Source: Octopus vulgaris (lineage: Eukaryota). Taken from it: a stretch of DNA of 64,000 nucleotides. Every line of letters starts with the position of its first letter. Position 1 is the first letter of the stretch. The notes under the pieces are model-generated. The model was given only the letters and a program-made list of their open reading frames with translations. It was not told where the DNA came from and ran no database searches. Positions 24,741 to 37,909 of the stretch are shown here, piece by piece. The translations under genes were made by a program, and so were the position numbers. The DNA is taken from positions 162,502,001-162,566,000 of the forward strand of contig OX597817.1 of assembly GCA_951406725.2 (NCBI GenBank), given 5' to 3'.

Positions 24741-26120
24741 TCAATCGTAAGCCACAGATAACCGTGTATAATAAAACAAAGAAAGAAGGAAAAGGGAATG
24801 ACAGGGATGTGGTCCTCCAGATACAGCAGGGCCTCTAGGAATAATCGAGAAACCCCACCGTCCAAGATTTCCCCGAATACCAGGGCAAATGCCCTCAGAA
24901 ATTCCTTTTCTCTGATCTACACTTAGAGCGGTACCATCCTCTCTTGCCACTTTCGCAACTTTCATTCACCATTCAATAAAATCACTCTAGGACAGCAGTT
25001 CCCTCTCAACCCCAATTCCCTTTTTCAAGTGAAACTTGAAAAAGTCGATGAGGGCTCTACCAAAGAGAAATGTTTCTGTCCTCATGTCTTTCAGCTTCGT
25101 TCACCAGACAACTCCCTTCGCCACAGTCACCAGGTAAAGGAAAACTGTCTCACCTGCCTGATTAGAGGAGGGCAGCGGGGACAATTATCACTATAGATTC
25201 GATCGATAGTTAGATCCGTCAAGTGATGCTGACAGCACATCCGTGCCTGTAAAGTATATCTCTAATCGGTAGCGTCTCCTCCCCGGTAGCCCTTCTAGGC
25301 CAAGAACATCAACCCATGGTAGTCGCCGACCAGAAAGTCCAACGGAACAGACTAGCCAGTTCGTTTTCATTGACGCTCAGAGTCTACCCGAGAACGTCGT
25401 TGCACTTCCTCGCCGCTAATCCTCTATATACTGCTAAAGAGGAACATCCAGCAATTCTATCGCTCGACTATCGTTGAGAGCAGTAAGCGCCTGATGATAC
25501 TCTAAGTGCCAGACACCTAATCTCAGTTTTTCCTTCACCCAGCACAGCGATTCCATCAAGGAGACGAGCTGTAGATAAACGTGCCTTACAAACAGAGCCC
25601 ACACACGTTCACCGTCCAGAAATTGTTGAAGGTGGCGCAACCTGAGCGCATGTCTGCGCATCAGTAGCCACGACATGCTTAAACCGTCACGCAGAGGGTG
25701 CTGGCAGCAGACTAACCGCCTGATCATTGGAAAATAAATAAGAGACGCTCCAACCTGATCAAGAAGTAACTGAGGTGGGGCACGACGGTCAGACGATAAA
25801 TGAAGACGAACGCGATTTAGGCATTCGCCACCTCTGCCGACCTTTCAGGGACGGCTTCCTTTCAGTCCATTTCTGGTTAAGACTGACCACCCTGTTCACC
25901 ATCTCACCCCAGTTCTTATCCACCTGGAGGTCGGGACCGAGCCAGACCCTGGCAGTTTAAATAGTCCGTCTGACGGCATGAGTCTGCTTGTCTAGATGCC
26001 CAGCTGCAACCCCACCGACTCGTCAGCATTGACTTTGGCTTCTGCAACCGACTCACATTACAATGGTGCTGAGAGTCTCAACTTCGGAGACTTCCGACAT
26101 CCTGGCGGTGAACATGGTAG
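24741..26120 (-). pseudogene. decayed Tx1/L1-clade LINE ORF2 C-terminal fragment
   Basis: Minus-strand remnants VWLGPDLQVDKNWGEMVNRV..KW..SLKGR and DGLSMSWL, many stops and frameshifts. Confidence 0.7.
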
Positions 26121-27087
26121 AAAGGTATTACCTACTGTTACTACTAACAATCAAACATTTGTTTATTCATAAAAATATTCACATAAATGTACGTGCCATA
26201 ACCTTCCATACCCTCACACAAAATGCGCAGAACACTTCCCAAATAAATATAAAAACTTTCATTTCACTTCATGTTTTTGTCGGTCTTTCTCCTTCGTTGC
26301 TCCCGATGAAAGAATAAATACGAACAATTTCTAACTTTCAATTCATGCATGACTATCTCGATATATTTAGAATGTATTTTTATGCATTTTAAATGTGTGT
26401 GCGCGCGCGTATAAGAGAGAGAGAAAGAGAGAATGAAAGGCCTCTGATATTAAATAAAAGGTTAAATGTAGTATGCAAATTAATTGTTCCAATTCTTTGG
26501 AACCACTAGATTTCATGTGCATATTAAAACTGATTGACTATTTGTTTCTTTGGGTGGCCAAGATGTAGACACGTCTGAGGAGGCTCTCTCCTTGTATAAA
26601 GGTCAAAAACCAATAAAAGTTGCTTATCGTTTTACAGTAGGTAATTTGACATGTTAATGTGTCTACTATATATGCTTATATGCATATAATAAGCTCGGCC
26701 CGTAACCGATACACCGAGAGTTTAGACACCGTGTCGCCGTTTCTTCATACACATACACAACAAACACAGCATTCCTATGCTTTTATGCAACGCTGTTGTT
26801 ACACAGCCCAGACCACCTCCAACAGATAGGTGCAAATGTGTATAAGGCGGCGAGCTGGCAGAAACGTTAGCACGCTGGGCGAAATGCGTAGCCGTATTTC
26901 GTCTGCCGTTACGTTCTGAGTTCAAATTCCGCCGAGGTCGACTTTGCCTTTCATCCTTTCGGAGTCGATAAATCAAGTACCAGTTACGCACTGGGGTCGA
27001 TATAATCGACTTAATTCGTCGATGCCATCTCACCGCCTTAATAACAACGACGATGCATGAGAGAGTACATATGTGTCTGTGCATATA

Positions 27088-27950
27088 CAGGGTGCCGTGA
27101 ATATATTGTCTTCTAAACTACGCAAAAATGAAAATAACACTGCTATCCCGTTTTAGCAGATATATTTACCAAAATTACATAAACTAAAGAGTAATTTTAT
27201 TCAATAAAATCGCCATTGGCTTCAGCCACGACCTCCAGATGGCTTCGGAATCTGCTGCAACTCTTCTGGACGTTTAAGTTGGTGAATGCTGCCATAATCC
27301 CTATCTTTAGTTCATCTTTGGTGTTACAAAGAATTTTTTTGGTCCCTCACTCAACTGCGCCCCACCCATAATAATCAAGTGGGTTGCAATCTGGAGAATA
27401 AGGTGGCCAGATTTTAGGGGTAATATGGTCGCAGAAATTGTTTGACAGCCATGACTGGGTTCTCCTGCTAGTGTGACATGGTGCAGAGTCCAGTTACCAG
27501 TCATAGGGTCTTCCAGCAGCCACACTCTTGACCTAGGGCGACACTACATCCTCCAGGCACATGATGTAGGCCTCTGTGTTGAGTCTGAGGCCGTGTGGGA
27601 AGATGAATGGAGGCATAACGTCGCCATCACTAGTGACTACTCCAAACACTATGATGTTGACTGGATGTTTGATTTTTATCACTCTAAGTACATGTTTCGG
27701 GGACACGGCAAACCAACGGTTGTTCTGTGTTCACCATCTATTCGTATTGGAGCTTCCGGCGGGAATGTCAAGTAATACAGCATGTTTCCAAATTCCTGGT
27801 AGAGCGAATTGCATCATGGTGCTGTTTTTTTCTCACAGACGGTGTCCAACTGATCTTACTATACAGTGTAGTCGACAAAATCAAAAATAAACAATGCACA
27901 TGCACGAAATTAAAACTATAAGATGATGACAATTTACCCATAGCATCCTG
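27088..27950 (-). mobile_element. deleted Tc1/mariner element, DD37D (maT) family
   Basis: TA-flanked TIRs CAGG(G/A)TGC; DSAPCHT..WPPYSPDCNPLD with 37 residues between second and third D; in-frame stops. Confidence 0.88.
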
Positions 27951-27952
27951 TA

Positions 27953-28368
27953 TATATTTCTTTACTACCCACAAGGGGCTAAACACAGAGGGGACAAACA
28001 AGGACAGACAAACGGATTAAGTCGATTACATCGATCCCAGTGCGTAAAGGGTACTTAATTTATCGACCCCGAAAGGATGAAAGGCAAAGTCGACCTCGGC
28101 GGAATTTGAACTCAGAACGTAACGGCAGACTAAATACGTATTTCTTTATTGCCCACAAGGGGCTAAACATAGAGGGGACAAACAAGGACAGACATAGGTA
28201 TTAAGTCGATTACATCAACTCCAGCGCGTAACTGGTACTTAATTTATCGACCCCGAAAGGATGAAAGGCAAAGTCGACCTCGGCGGAATTTGAACTCAGA
28301 ACGTAACGGCAGACGAAATACGGCTACGCATTTCGCCCGGCGTGCTAACGTTTCAGCCAACTCGTCCG
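27953..28368 (-). mobile_element. SINE family A dimer
   Basis: One head, two body-plus-tail units. Confidence 0.88.
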
Positions 28369-28446
28369 CACCCTGTATATGTGTCCGCACACAGTCTGGG
28401 TAGCATGTGTGTGCGTGTATGTGTGTGTGTGCGTGCGTGCGTGCGA

Positions 28447-28485
<39 letters not shown>

Positions 28486-29808
28486 TGTAATGGATATTCA
28501 ACCAGCTTTTGCACATTTTATGCCAACTAAAAGTGGTGAGCTGGCAAAGTTGTCTGCGGTATTTCTTCCGTCTTTACTTTCTGAGTTCGAATTCCGCCGA
28601 GGTCACCTTTCATCCTACCAGATGTACCTTTCATCCTATCAGAATAGATGAAGTAAGTTCCAGTTGAACACGGGTCGATGCAATCGACTAGAGCCCGCCA
28701 CCCCACCTCGCTCTAAATTTTTATCCTTGGTGCCTATAATGGTAAAGATTTTATGCCAACAATATTCTACTCGAAGTATTGCCAAAGCTCCAGTTGAAGA
28801 GGCATAAAGAAGCGTTCAGTTAGATCGAACCGGGAACCATACGATTGCAAATAAACTTCTTAACAGCAGTACAGGTGCGCCTGCTGACATAGGCGCAGGT
28901 GTCGCTGTGTGGTAAGAAGTTGACTTCCAAACCACATGGTTCCGAGTTCAATCCCTCTACGTGGAAACGTGGACAAGGGCCTTCCACTATAACTTCGGGC
29001 CGATCAACATCTTGTGAATGGACTTGGTAGATTTGAAAGAAGCCCATCGTATATATATTTCTGTGTGTGTGTGTATATATATTTCTGTGTGTGTACCATC
29101 ACCGCTTGGCGGCGGGTGTTGGTGTGTTTACGTCCCCGTAACTTAACAGTTCAGAAAGAGACCAATAGAATAAGTACCGGCCTTAAAAAGAAAGTACTGG
29201 GGTCGATTCATTTGATTCAAATTCTTCAGTCTAATGACTGAAACAGGTAATAGATTAAAAATATCTAAGTATTTTTCTATTTTCCTGCATGTTGGAAATA
29301 CCGAAAGAAGTCAATTTTAGCAACCATGATTAAACCAAAACAATAGAAGAAATGAACGGACTGGTTTTAACAAAAATTAACGTAATAAGGAGTGGTATAA
29401 GTATTTATTTGCCAGACAGGATCTGTGATAGATGGCACGCTTCCAATGGACAACGACATGAGATTACGAATGCATATAAACCAATTAAGTCACTTTATGA
29501 TAAGCTAACAAGACAGAAGTGAAACGAATATACATACATACATACATACATACATACATACATACATACATACATACATACATACATACATACATACATA
29601 CATACATACATACATACATACATACGTTTATACATGCAACACAAATATTTATAGACATATACATAGAGTGTACGTGTGTGTGAACATACATACAAACAGA
29701 CAGACAAAAAGATAAAGAGAGAGGTGGGGAGAGAGAGGCGGAGACAGAGAAAGGTAACCTGGACTGCATGAGTGAAACTGAGTTGCACTGCAAATATCAT
29801 TGAGAGAA

Positions 29809-30191
29809 GTGGAGGCGCAATGGCCCAGTGGTTAGGACAGCGGACTCGCGGTCGTAGGATCGCGGTTTCGATTCCCAGACCGGGCTTTGTGTGTGTTTAT
29901 TGAGCGAAAACACCTAAAGCTCCACGAGGCTCCGGCAGGGGATGGTGGTGATCCCTGCTGTACTCTTTCACCACAACTTTCTCTCACTCTTACTTCCTGT
30001 TTCTGTTGTACCTGTATTTCAAAAGGGCCGGCCTTGTCACTCTCTGTGTCACGCTGAATATCCCCGAGAACTACGTTAAGGGTGCACGTGTCTGTGGAGT
30101 GCTCAGCCACTTACACGTTAATTTCACGAGCAGGCTGTTCCGTTGATCGGATCAACCGGAAACCTCGTCGTCGTAACCGACGGAGTGCTTC
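29809..30191 (+). mobile_element. SINE family C, full length
   Basis: A/B boxes, TSD CATTGAGAGAA. Confidence 0.92.
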
Positions 30192-30406
30192 CTCCATTGA
30201 GAGAATTCTTGTGAGACGCGTTTCTGTTGAGAACGGATGTCTGAAAAGGCCTCAAATATGATTTACTTTCGGTGAGTGTGCAAAGAAAGAAGAGTTGCAA
30301 TGAGAGACTGTTGAACAAAGGTGGTAAACGAGATAAAAAAATTAAAAAAAACTTTAGACCCTTAGAAGGACCATGTATATAAATTAGTAAAAGTCCAATT
30401 AGTAAA

Positions 30407-30576
30407 GGCGCAGGAGTGGCTGTGTGGTAAGTAGCTTGCTAACCAACCACATGGTTCCGGGTTCAGTCCCACTGCGTGGCATCTTGGGCAAGTGTCTTCT
30501 GCTATAGCTCCCGGGCCGACCAATGCCTTGTGAGTGGATTTGGTAGACGGAAACTGAAAGGAGCCTGTCGTATATA

Positions 30577-30612
<36 letters not shown>

Positions 30613-30850
30613 TGTGTTTGTCCCCCTAGCATTGCTTGACAACCGATGCTGGTGTGTTTACGTCCCCGTCACTTAGCGGTTCGGCAAAGAGACCGATAGA
30701 ATAAGTACTGGGCTTACAAAGAATAAGTCCCGGGGTCGATTTGCTCGACTAAAGGCAGTGCACCGCCTTTAGTCGAGCAAATCGACCCTGGGACTTATTC
30801 TTTGTAAGCCCAGTACTTATTCTATCAAAATGACTGAAACAAGTAAAAGA
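30407..30850 (+). mobile_element. SINE family B with internal 132-bp palindrome
   Basis: Full head and tail; 30695-30826 is self-complementary. Confidence 0.9.
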
Positions 30851-32001
30851 ATGTTATAATCGTTTCTGCTATAGGTACAGGGCTTGAAATTTGGGGAAGG
30901 ATGCTAGTCGGTTAGATCGACTCAGTGTGTAACTGGCACTTATTTTACCGACCTCTAAAGGGTGAAAGACAAAGACGACCACTGCAGTGTTGGTTTGTCT
31001 ACGTCCCCGTAACTTAACAGATCGGCAAAAGAGACCAGACTTTAAAAAATTACTAGGGTCGATTTGTTCTATGAAAACTTTCCAAGCGGTACCCCAGCAT
31101 GGCCGCAGTCCAGTGACTGAAAGAAGTAAAAACATAAAAGATAATACATATGTAGTGAATCTTGCAAGCATGAAGTGGATTCGATCCACCATAGCCAAAT
31201 TTAAATTAACAGCTCAACAGAATTTTTCTCACGGTAAAACAATAGTTTTTCTCTGACAGCAGTTTTACATTTGCCAGATTGCCTTTAGCTAGGCCGAAAT
31301 AATGTCTTCAACACTTGACCCTTATAACCTCTTCTACTTCACCAAAAGCTAGAATAGAGATATTACAGAACCATCAACGAAGCCCATTGTTCTCAATGAT
31401 ATATATATCCTTCTGGAAAGTTATAAAAGCAAGAACCTCCAAGCAAAAACCAGTTAGTCACTTCGGTGACAACTCAGTGAGAACGAAGTCTGGCTGATCA
31501 GCTAGAACCTTGGTCAGAGGGAGAAATGAAGTTTACTATCAACAGCTGTGAGACAACGTCCCACAACCCTACAATTCTCACTAGCCCTAATTCTGTTCTC
31601 TTACAACATCATTCTATCTATCTCTCTGTATTTACTACTAAACAATGAAGAGGACACAAACACAAACACAAACAGGACACAAGAGGACACAAACACAAAG
31701 CCGAGGCGTTGGCCGATTCGCTTTTTAATTGGTGTTACTTGAAGGTGTGAGTTAGTATATTGCTTTAGAAGTTTCAGATTCTAGATGTGTTGTTATTGCG
31801 CGCGGGTGAGGTGACCTGAAAGATAATTCGCATACCCGTGTTTTGTGTTGTTTGTTACACGAGACGCAGGCAACAGAGATGAAAGAAAAATTGCTGAAAT
31901 CATGTGCCTGCGTGAAGTATTTCTAATATTAGCATTATCAACTCAAGGAAACTATCTCATACATACATAAATACATACATACATACATACATACATACAT
32001 A

Positions 32002-32281
32002 CTGCAGTTACTCTATCCAGATTACAAGTTCAGGTTTATACCTGTAATTATTGGTGCACTGGGATATGTAACACACTGCCTAAATACCAATCTTGAGAAA
32101 TTAGGCTTCTCAAAACTAGAAAAGAGAAAGCTGATTCGAAGACTGCAGATCCAAGCCATCACTGGAACTGTAAAAATCTATAAAACTTTCCAGAAATTTA
32201 TCCTTTAAGTATATGAGCATGTCTAGATATGCAAGTATATGCATGAGAAGACACATAAAACAAAACATACAAATCTGCTCG
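32002..32281 (+). mobile_element. 5'-truncated R4/Dong-clade non-LTR retrotransposon (RLE C-terminus plus 3' UTR)
   Basis: Uninterrupted 68 codons LQLLYPDYKFRFIPVIIGALGYV..RRLQIQAITGTVKI..L* (32002-32208); IPVIIGALG and LQ..AI.GT.KI are typical R4/Dong C-terminal motifs; (TACA)n on both sides. Confidence 0.82.
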
Positions 32282-32535
32282 TATACATACATACATACAT
32301 ACATACATGCATACATACATACATACATACATACATACATACATACATACATACATACATACATACATACATACATGCATGCATACGTATATACATACAT
32401 ACATACATACATACATACATACATACATGCATGCATACGTATATACATACATACATACATACATACATACATACATGCATGCATACGTATATACATACAT
32501 ACATACATACATACATACATACATACATACATACA

Positions 32536-32564
<29 letters not shown>
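32282..32564. repeat. (TACA)n microsatellite with higher-order CATGCATGCATACGTA interruptions
   Basis: Directly visible. Confidence 0.97.
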
Positions 32565-32566
<2 letters not shown>

Positions 32567-33959
32567 GTGGGAAACTCTGTCTGTGAGTGTGTTTGTGAAG
32601 TTGTTAGCTAACTCCTCCTACATCGTTTTATCGATTTTGATGAAACTTGACACGTGAGAACTCATATCTGGAAACCTTATGGCATACTCAGATTGTTGAA
32701 AAATCGATAATAGGGCCTCTGGAAGGGATCCGTATATATATCTATCCAATATATTTTATTTCTAAAACCTAGGGAAATAACCCATTCGCCTCTGGAAGGG
32801 ATCCTTAAATATAGAAAGGGAAATAACCCACTCATTTTCCTAAATTATTTGATATTCATAACTTATTGGAAATTCCTAAAAACAACATCCTGTGTAAGAC
32901 AGTTCGGTATTCTCTGTAAATGCACAAAAACCGTTTTAAGGGCTACATACTTTGTATTGTTGTTATTGGATTAGCGAAACAATTATGAGAACGGAACCAA
33001 AGGGATAAGCCCCGCTTTCTGTGAATTACCGGGTACGTCAGCTAGTACATACATACATTAGAATCTCAGGCATGTAATATAGTGTGCTGGTGACTTTTTC
33101 CACTGCTCTTGGCTCTGAGCTGTCTTCTCTGTTCTCTCCAGTTGAATGCCTAATTTTTCTAGCTTTGACTCAGTATCCGACCTCCAGCTATTCCTAGGAC
33201 ATCTTCTCTTCTACCTCCCTTGTCCTCCCCTATATCTTGTTCGGTTTGAATTGTCATCAATACTTCTGTAACTTTAGTTTTTCTTTCTAGGTGTTGGCCC
33301 TCTACGAACCTATTTTTACCTCTAGGAATTGATGGTCCATATTTGCTGGCCTTTATTCTGTTCGGCATAAGAAGCCCTGCCAGGAGCTTAGGTTCAGTTG
33401 GCATAGCACTCATTGTCATTGAGGTGCATAAACTATATTACACTGCAACAAGGACTGTTCCTTGTAGTGCAAAAATCTCTCTAGGGGGTCTCTAAAATGT
33501 ATAAACTGCAAACAAAGGAGGTAACTTCAATGAAATCAACAGTTCTACAATTATGAAAAATAAATTTGTTCTCATCTGAAAATAGAGTTGAGAGAACATT
33601 TTGTCATTGAAGCTAACTGGTAAAAGCAACAGACATATTTCAGTCTTTTTAGACCTTAGTAAAGCATATTGTACTCAGATGGCAAAAGTAGGTAGTTTCC
33701 TTCTCAAGTCTTACTGATTCATAAGGGACAGTTTCCCGGTTTTCATGGCGTATATATTCCTCATCCGGACGAGACACCGATCCGTCGCAGGATTACTCAT
33801 TTTTTCGCCAGCTGAGTTGACTGGAGTAACGTGAAATGAAATGTTTTGCTCAAGAACACAACACATCATCCGGTCCAAGAATCGAAGCTACAATCTTACG
33901 ACCATGAGCCCTACACTCTAACCACTAAGCCCCGCACGCATCTTCTCAGGTGATATTAA

Positions 33960-34990
33960 GTTGCTTCAGATCTTCTTTGAGCTCTATGTTTTCATGTATC
34001 TCCTTCTCTTCCTTCGTCCTTCTGATTGTACCCATTGTATAACTGTCTTTGACACTCGTTCTTCTGGCAGTTGCACAACATGACCTTCAAGTTTCACTCC
34101 CCTTCCCGCCACAATCTCCTGCAGGCTGCACAGATTGGTTCTTCTCGGAACTTATAGATCAAGGAGATCGACTGTAGATCAACTGGGGTCCATACAATCC
34201 TTGGGGTTCCATGTAAGATTTTGTTAAAATTTATGCGCAATAACTTGGTTTTATTTCTACAGCAAAATACTTCAACAATATCTCTCTCTATATAAACGGC
34301 AGTTTGTCTGTGCGTTTTCTGTGTGTCTGTTTTCTCGTACCCTCACCCTGACCACGGCTTTCAACCGATTCTGATGAAACTTGACACACACATAGCCCAA
34401 TGTCATAATTCAAAACTAACGCAGCGAAAATTTTGAAAAGTTCCCCCAGTTCTGAAAAAAATCGATAAATTCGACATGGGGTCGAGAATCAGAAACCCAA
34501 ACCACAGACCGTCTAGGGGACGCAACTCCACCTTTTTTAACTCTCAAAAAATTTACCATCATTTTTTTCCATTTTTTTGCTATTTTTTGGCTATAACTCT
34601 CTAAAAATGCTTTATAGTTATTTCCCTTACAAACCTGAGCAACGCCGGGCGATACTGCTAGTTTGTTATACAACTCCTAACGATGTTTAACTATAAAAAT
34701 ATGTTGTCGTTTTTTAACATCGAATAGCTATGAGGCTCAACCTGAGTAAAATAGACACCAAATGGGTCCATAGGTAAAAAATGGATGATTATTAGTGAAG
34801 TAAATAATCCCGAGTATTCTGCGTAGTCACCGTTTGTGGAAGGCATTCAACCTCTGGGTGATCTTAGCAATCATTTTCCAAGTTTCTCTTGCGAAAACTG
34901 TTATTGACAGGACAATGAATGCTCTGGTACTGCAGGATCTTCATACAGTTGTCAATCGAAGTGCTGGCCCAGATCTTGTTCATTCTTCGG
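33960..34990 (-). pseudogene. decayed RTE-clade LINE RT C-terminal fragment, interrupted by later insertions
   Basis: ETWKMIAKITQRLNAFHKR*LRRILGI (~34800-34890) and GHVVQLPEERVSK..W (~34020-34100). Confidence 0.7.
34281..34661 (+). mobile_element. non-autonomous Helitron
   Basis: A|TC start, GAGCAACGCCGGGCGATACTGCTAG|T end shared with other copies. Confidence 0.8.
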
Positions 34991-35091
34991 TATATAAACA
35001 AGCAGAAGGAATATTATAATACTGAATTATAAATATCAATAGTATAACTGAAAGTAAAATACCCTAGTGTTGTGTACACTCAATACACGTA

Positions 35092-35570
35092 CAGTGGAGT
35101 CTCACATATAAATAAAGTGAGCTTTCAAAAAAAAAAAAATGGGGAAAATTTTGATTGAACGAGATTATCAAGACTAAATCAATTCTTATCTGCATCGCCT
35201 CTCTTCACCCAAATTCTGAATTTTCGGATTTTCTTGGACTTACTTCTCGTTGTTTATGGATTTTTAACGTCCCTGGAGATAGTTTTTGTCAATTAATTAC
35301 ATGCATAATCTCCGTTAGCCCTTTTCCTATCCTGTTTACACGGCATGTTTCCCTGGTGTCCACGCATCAAAAATGATACATATTCTCACTTTTTTCAAAC
35401 TTGTAACTTATGACATGAAAGCTTGATATTACTCAGAACCGGTAAAACAAGGGCGAACTAAAAGTTTGAAAACAAATATGGACGTTTAGGACAGACCTAT
35501 GAAAATGCTTTGCTAAAGCAAAGGGTTAATCAGAGTTTTTCAACTGTATTAAATATATGAGACTCTACTG
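35092..35570. mobile_element. Tigger/pogo-like MITE
   Basis: TA-flanked TIRs CAGT(G/A)GAGTCTCA. Confidence 0.75.
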
Positions 35571-36069
35571 TATGCGTATTTAATATACAAACTGCTTTCC
35601 TGTATTTAATATATTTCCTGTAATGTAATAGAAAAGTCTACGTCAAAGGCGTATAACAGATACCGACAGTACGTAGATCAAAAACTTAAAATCCAAAGTC
35701 TAATGATGGAGGCGTAATCCAGGTAAACAAGCGTTGGCTATGGGAAATACACTGATCGAGCTAATGAAAGTAAAATTATAGAAAAGGCGGTCAGACGGTT
35801 GTTAATGGCATCAAAGCAGTTATAAATGCCTTGCATTATTCGTTCTGGCTCCCTGTGTTCTGAGATCAAATCTATGCGGATGACATCTTCGACTTTCGAC
35901 CTTTTAGAGTTGATAGATAAAATACCAGTTCAGAACGGTGGACTGGAAGGTTTGTTAGAGAATCGGGTGAGCTGTCTTGCAGTGTCTGTTTCGGCAATTT
36001 GCGTTCTGAGTTCAAATTTCGCTAATGCGCCAGAACCTAGGGATATTCACCTAATTGCATGAGCACTCG

Positions 36070-36325
36070 TGTGGAGAGACGTGGCTTAGTGGTTAGGGTG
36101 TTGGACTCATGATTGTAAGATTGTGGTTTCGATTCTTGAACCGGGCGACGAGTAGTGTTTTTAAGCAAAACACTTCATTTCACATTGCTCCGGTCCACTC
36201 AGCTGGCAAAAATGAGTAATCCTGCGACAGACTGGCGTCCCATCAAGGTGAGGAAATTATACGCCATGGAACCCGGAAAATCGACCCCGTGAGTTTATAC
36301 GACTCGGGAAGCAACTTTAATTTAC
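36070..36325 (+). mobile_element. tRNA-derived SINE family D
   Basis: GTGGCTTAGTGGTTAGGG head, GGTTTCGATTC B box, TTGCTCC.GTCCACTCAGCTGG core; other copies ~33700-33935(-), 40569-40828, 53601-53860. Confidence 0.85.
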
Positions 36326-36481
36326 TTACCTGTGTACTCTGTCAAACCCACAATTGGCCTGCGGCAGAAAACATACGTGTAGGCTACGTTATGCTGAGAC
36401 TCCTTCGGGCAGGAGATCAAAACCGGTTGAATAGAATTTCCAAAGTAGATTTCATCAACTAATTTTTTTGTGTGTGTGTGA

Positions 36482-36653
36482 GGCGTAGGAGTAGCTGTGT
36501 GGTAAGTAGCTTGTTTACGAACTACATGGTTCCGAGTTCAGTCTTTGGCGTGGCACCTTGGGCAAGTGTCTTCTACTATAGCCTCGGACCGACCAAAGCC
36601 TTGTGAGTGGATTTGGTAGACGGAAACTGAAATAAACTCGTTGTATGTATGTA

Positions 36654-36684
<31 letters not shown>

Positions 36685-36885
36685 ATGTGTGTATGTGTTT
36701 GTCTCCCCCAACATCGCTTGACAACCGATGCTGGTGTGTTTACGTCCTCGTAACAAAGCGATTCGGCAAAAGAGACCGATAGAATAAGTACTAGGCTTAC
36801 AGAGAATAACTCCTGGAGTAGATTTGCTCGATTAAAGGCGGTGCTCCAGCATGGCCACAGTCAAATGACTGAAACAAGTAAAGAG
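36482..36885 (+). mobile_element. SINE family B
   Basis: Full-length match to other copies. Confidence 0.88.
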
Positions 36886-37235
36886 AAGAAATGTAAATGT
36901 ATAATGTCCGTTTTTTTTTCTTTGTTTTGCTTTTTTTTTTTTCAGAACATCAATACACTTGTAATACTTTTTTTCTTTCTTTCCTTCTTTCTTTCTTTCT
37001 TTCTTTTTTGTTTGTTTTGTTTTGTGGTCTCCAACCGAAACAAAAAATAATGTCAATGATACGTGTTTAAGAAATAAATGTATTAAAAAATTGTGGGTGT
37101 ATTTCCTTCTTCTCTAAAAAAAAATTTAAAGAAACCGGAATATAAGAAAAATAATCAAGAAAATTTAACCTAAACAACAATAAAACGTGATTTACGTGCT
37201 CAATGTCATCCAAACCAGTTTAAACTCTCAACTAT

Positions 37236-37376
37236 TTCATCATAGTTTGAAATTGTTACGAACTTATAGAAAATTCTTGTCTTTCAGTTGAATAACAAGT
37301 TAGCTGTTTTACTTCAGCTGAGGTTTTTCCCTTTCCGTTTCCTACAAGACTCAGGCATTGATTTTTAACGAAACTC
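37236..37376 (-). pseudogene. decayed duplicate of the 40393-40532 exon
   Basis: Colinear similarity (SLK..SMPESCRKRKGK..AEVKQLTC) with frameshifts, a stop and a lost donor. Confidence 0.7.
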
Positions 37377-37546
37377 CTTAAATTAACTGGTATGTAATAT
37401 ACAAATATCTTACTTGATAGTTAACTATATAATACAAAAAAAATAATAATAATAAATAAATGTATTATTTTACAACTAGGCAGAAAATAAGATATACAAT
37501 ACTAAGTCAATGTCCTACTTTAAATTTCCCATACAAACATGTTTAA

Positions 37547-37768
37547 CCCTTTCATTACTGTATTTATTTTGAGATGCTCTGTGTTTCTTTCAGTTACTTT
37601 AAATATAACACAGAATTTTAGTAAAATAACTTAGTTATCATTCAGCTAGTGTTAGGAACATGAATTATGATTAAGGTTTGGTGGAAGATTTTAATTCAAA
37701 ACTTATGAAAACAAGACATTTGTACTACAGAGCCAGAGGCGGTTTCAGCCAGGTTGGTAACGAAAGAG
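37547..37768. mobile_element. piggyBac-type MITE
   Basis: TTAA TSD both sides, CCCTTT-type TIR; second copy at 52304-52710. Confidence 0.85.
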
Positions 37769-37909
37769 TTAAAGATGCATGGTGTAATATGAAAGAGCTT
37801 AAAGATTACAAACCAATTTCGTCGCCAGAAGGATAGTTTAAAAGTTGATTGGTTCCAATAAGTGGACTACCATCTTTTTCTTTGTGGTAAGTGGACTACT
37901 ATCGTTTTC

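Noticed and set aside
29809-29885. tRNA-like cloverleaf
   Set aside because: Head of SINE family C, continuing into body, tail and TSD; the same applies to families A, B and D.
34834-35019. ORF resembling a signal peptide (MWKAFNLWVILAIIF)
   Set aside because: Starts at TTG and is the antisense of an RTE reverse transcriptase relic.
35244-35272. Minus-strand micro-exon with GTAAGT donor
   Set aside because: Inside the 35092-35570 MITE.
36329-36357. Minus-strand exon with CAG|GTAAGT donor
   Set aside because: Donor overlaps the SINE D tail and may be coincidental; left uncalled.
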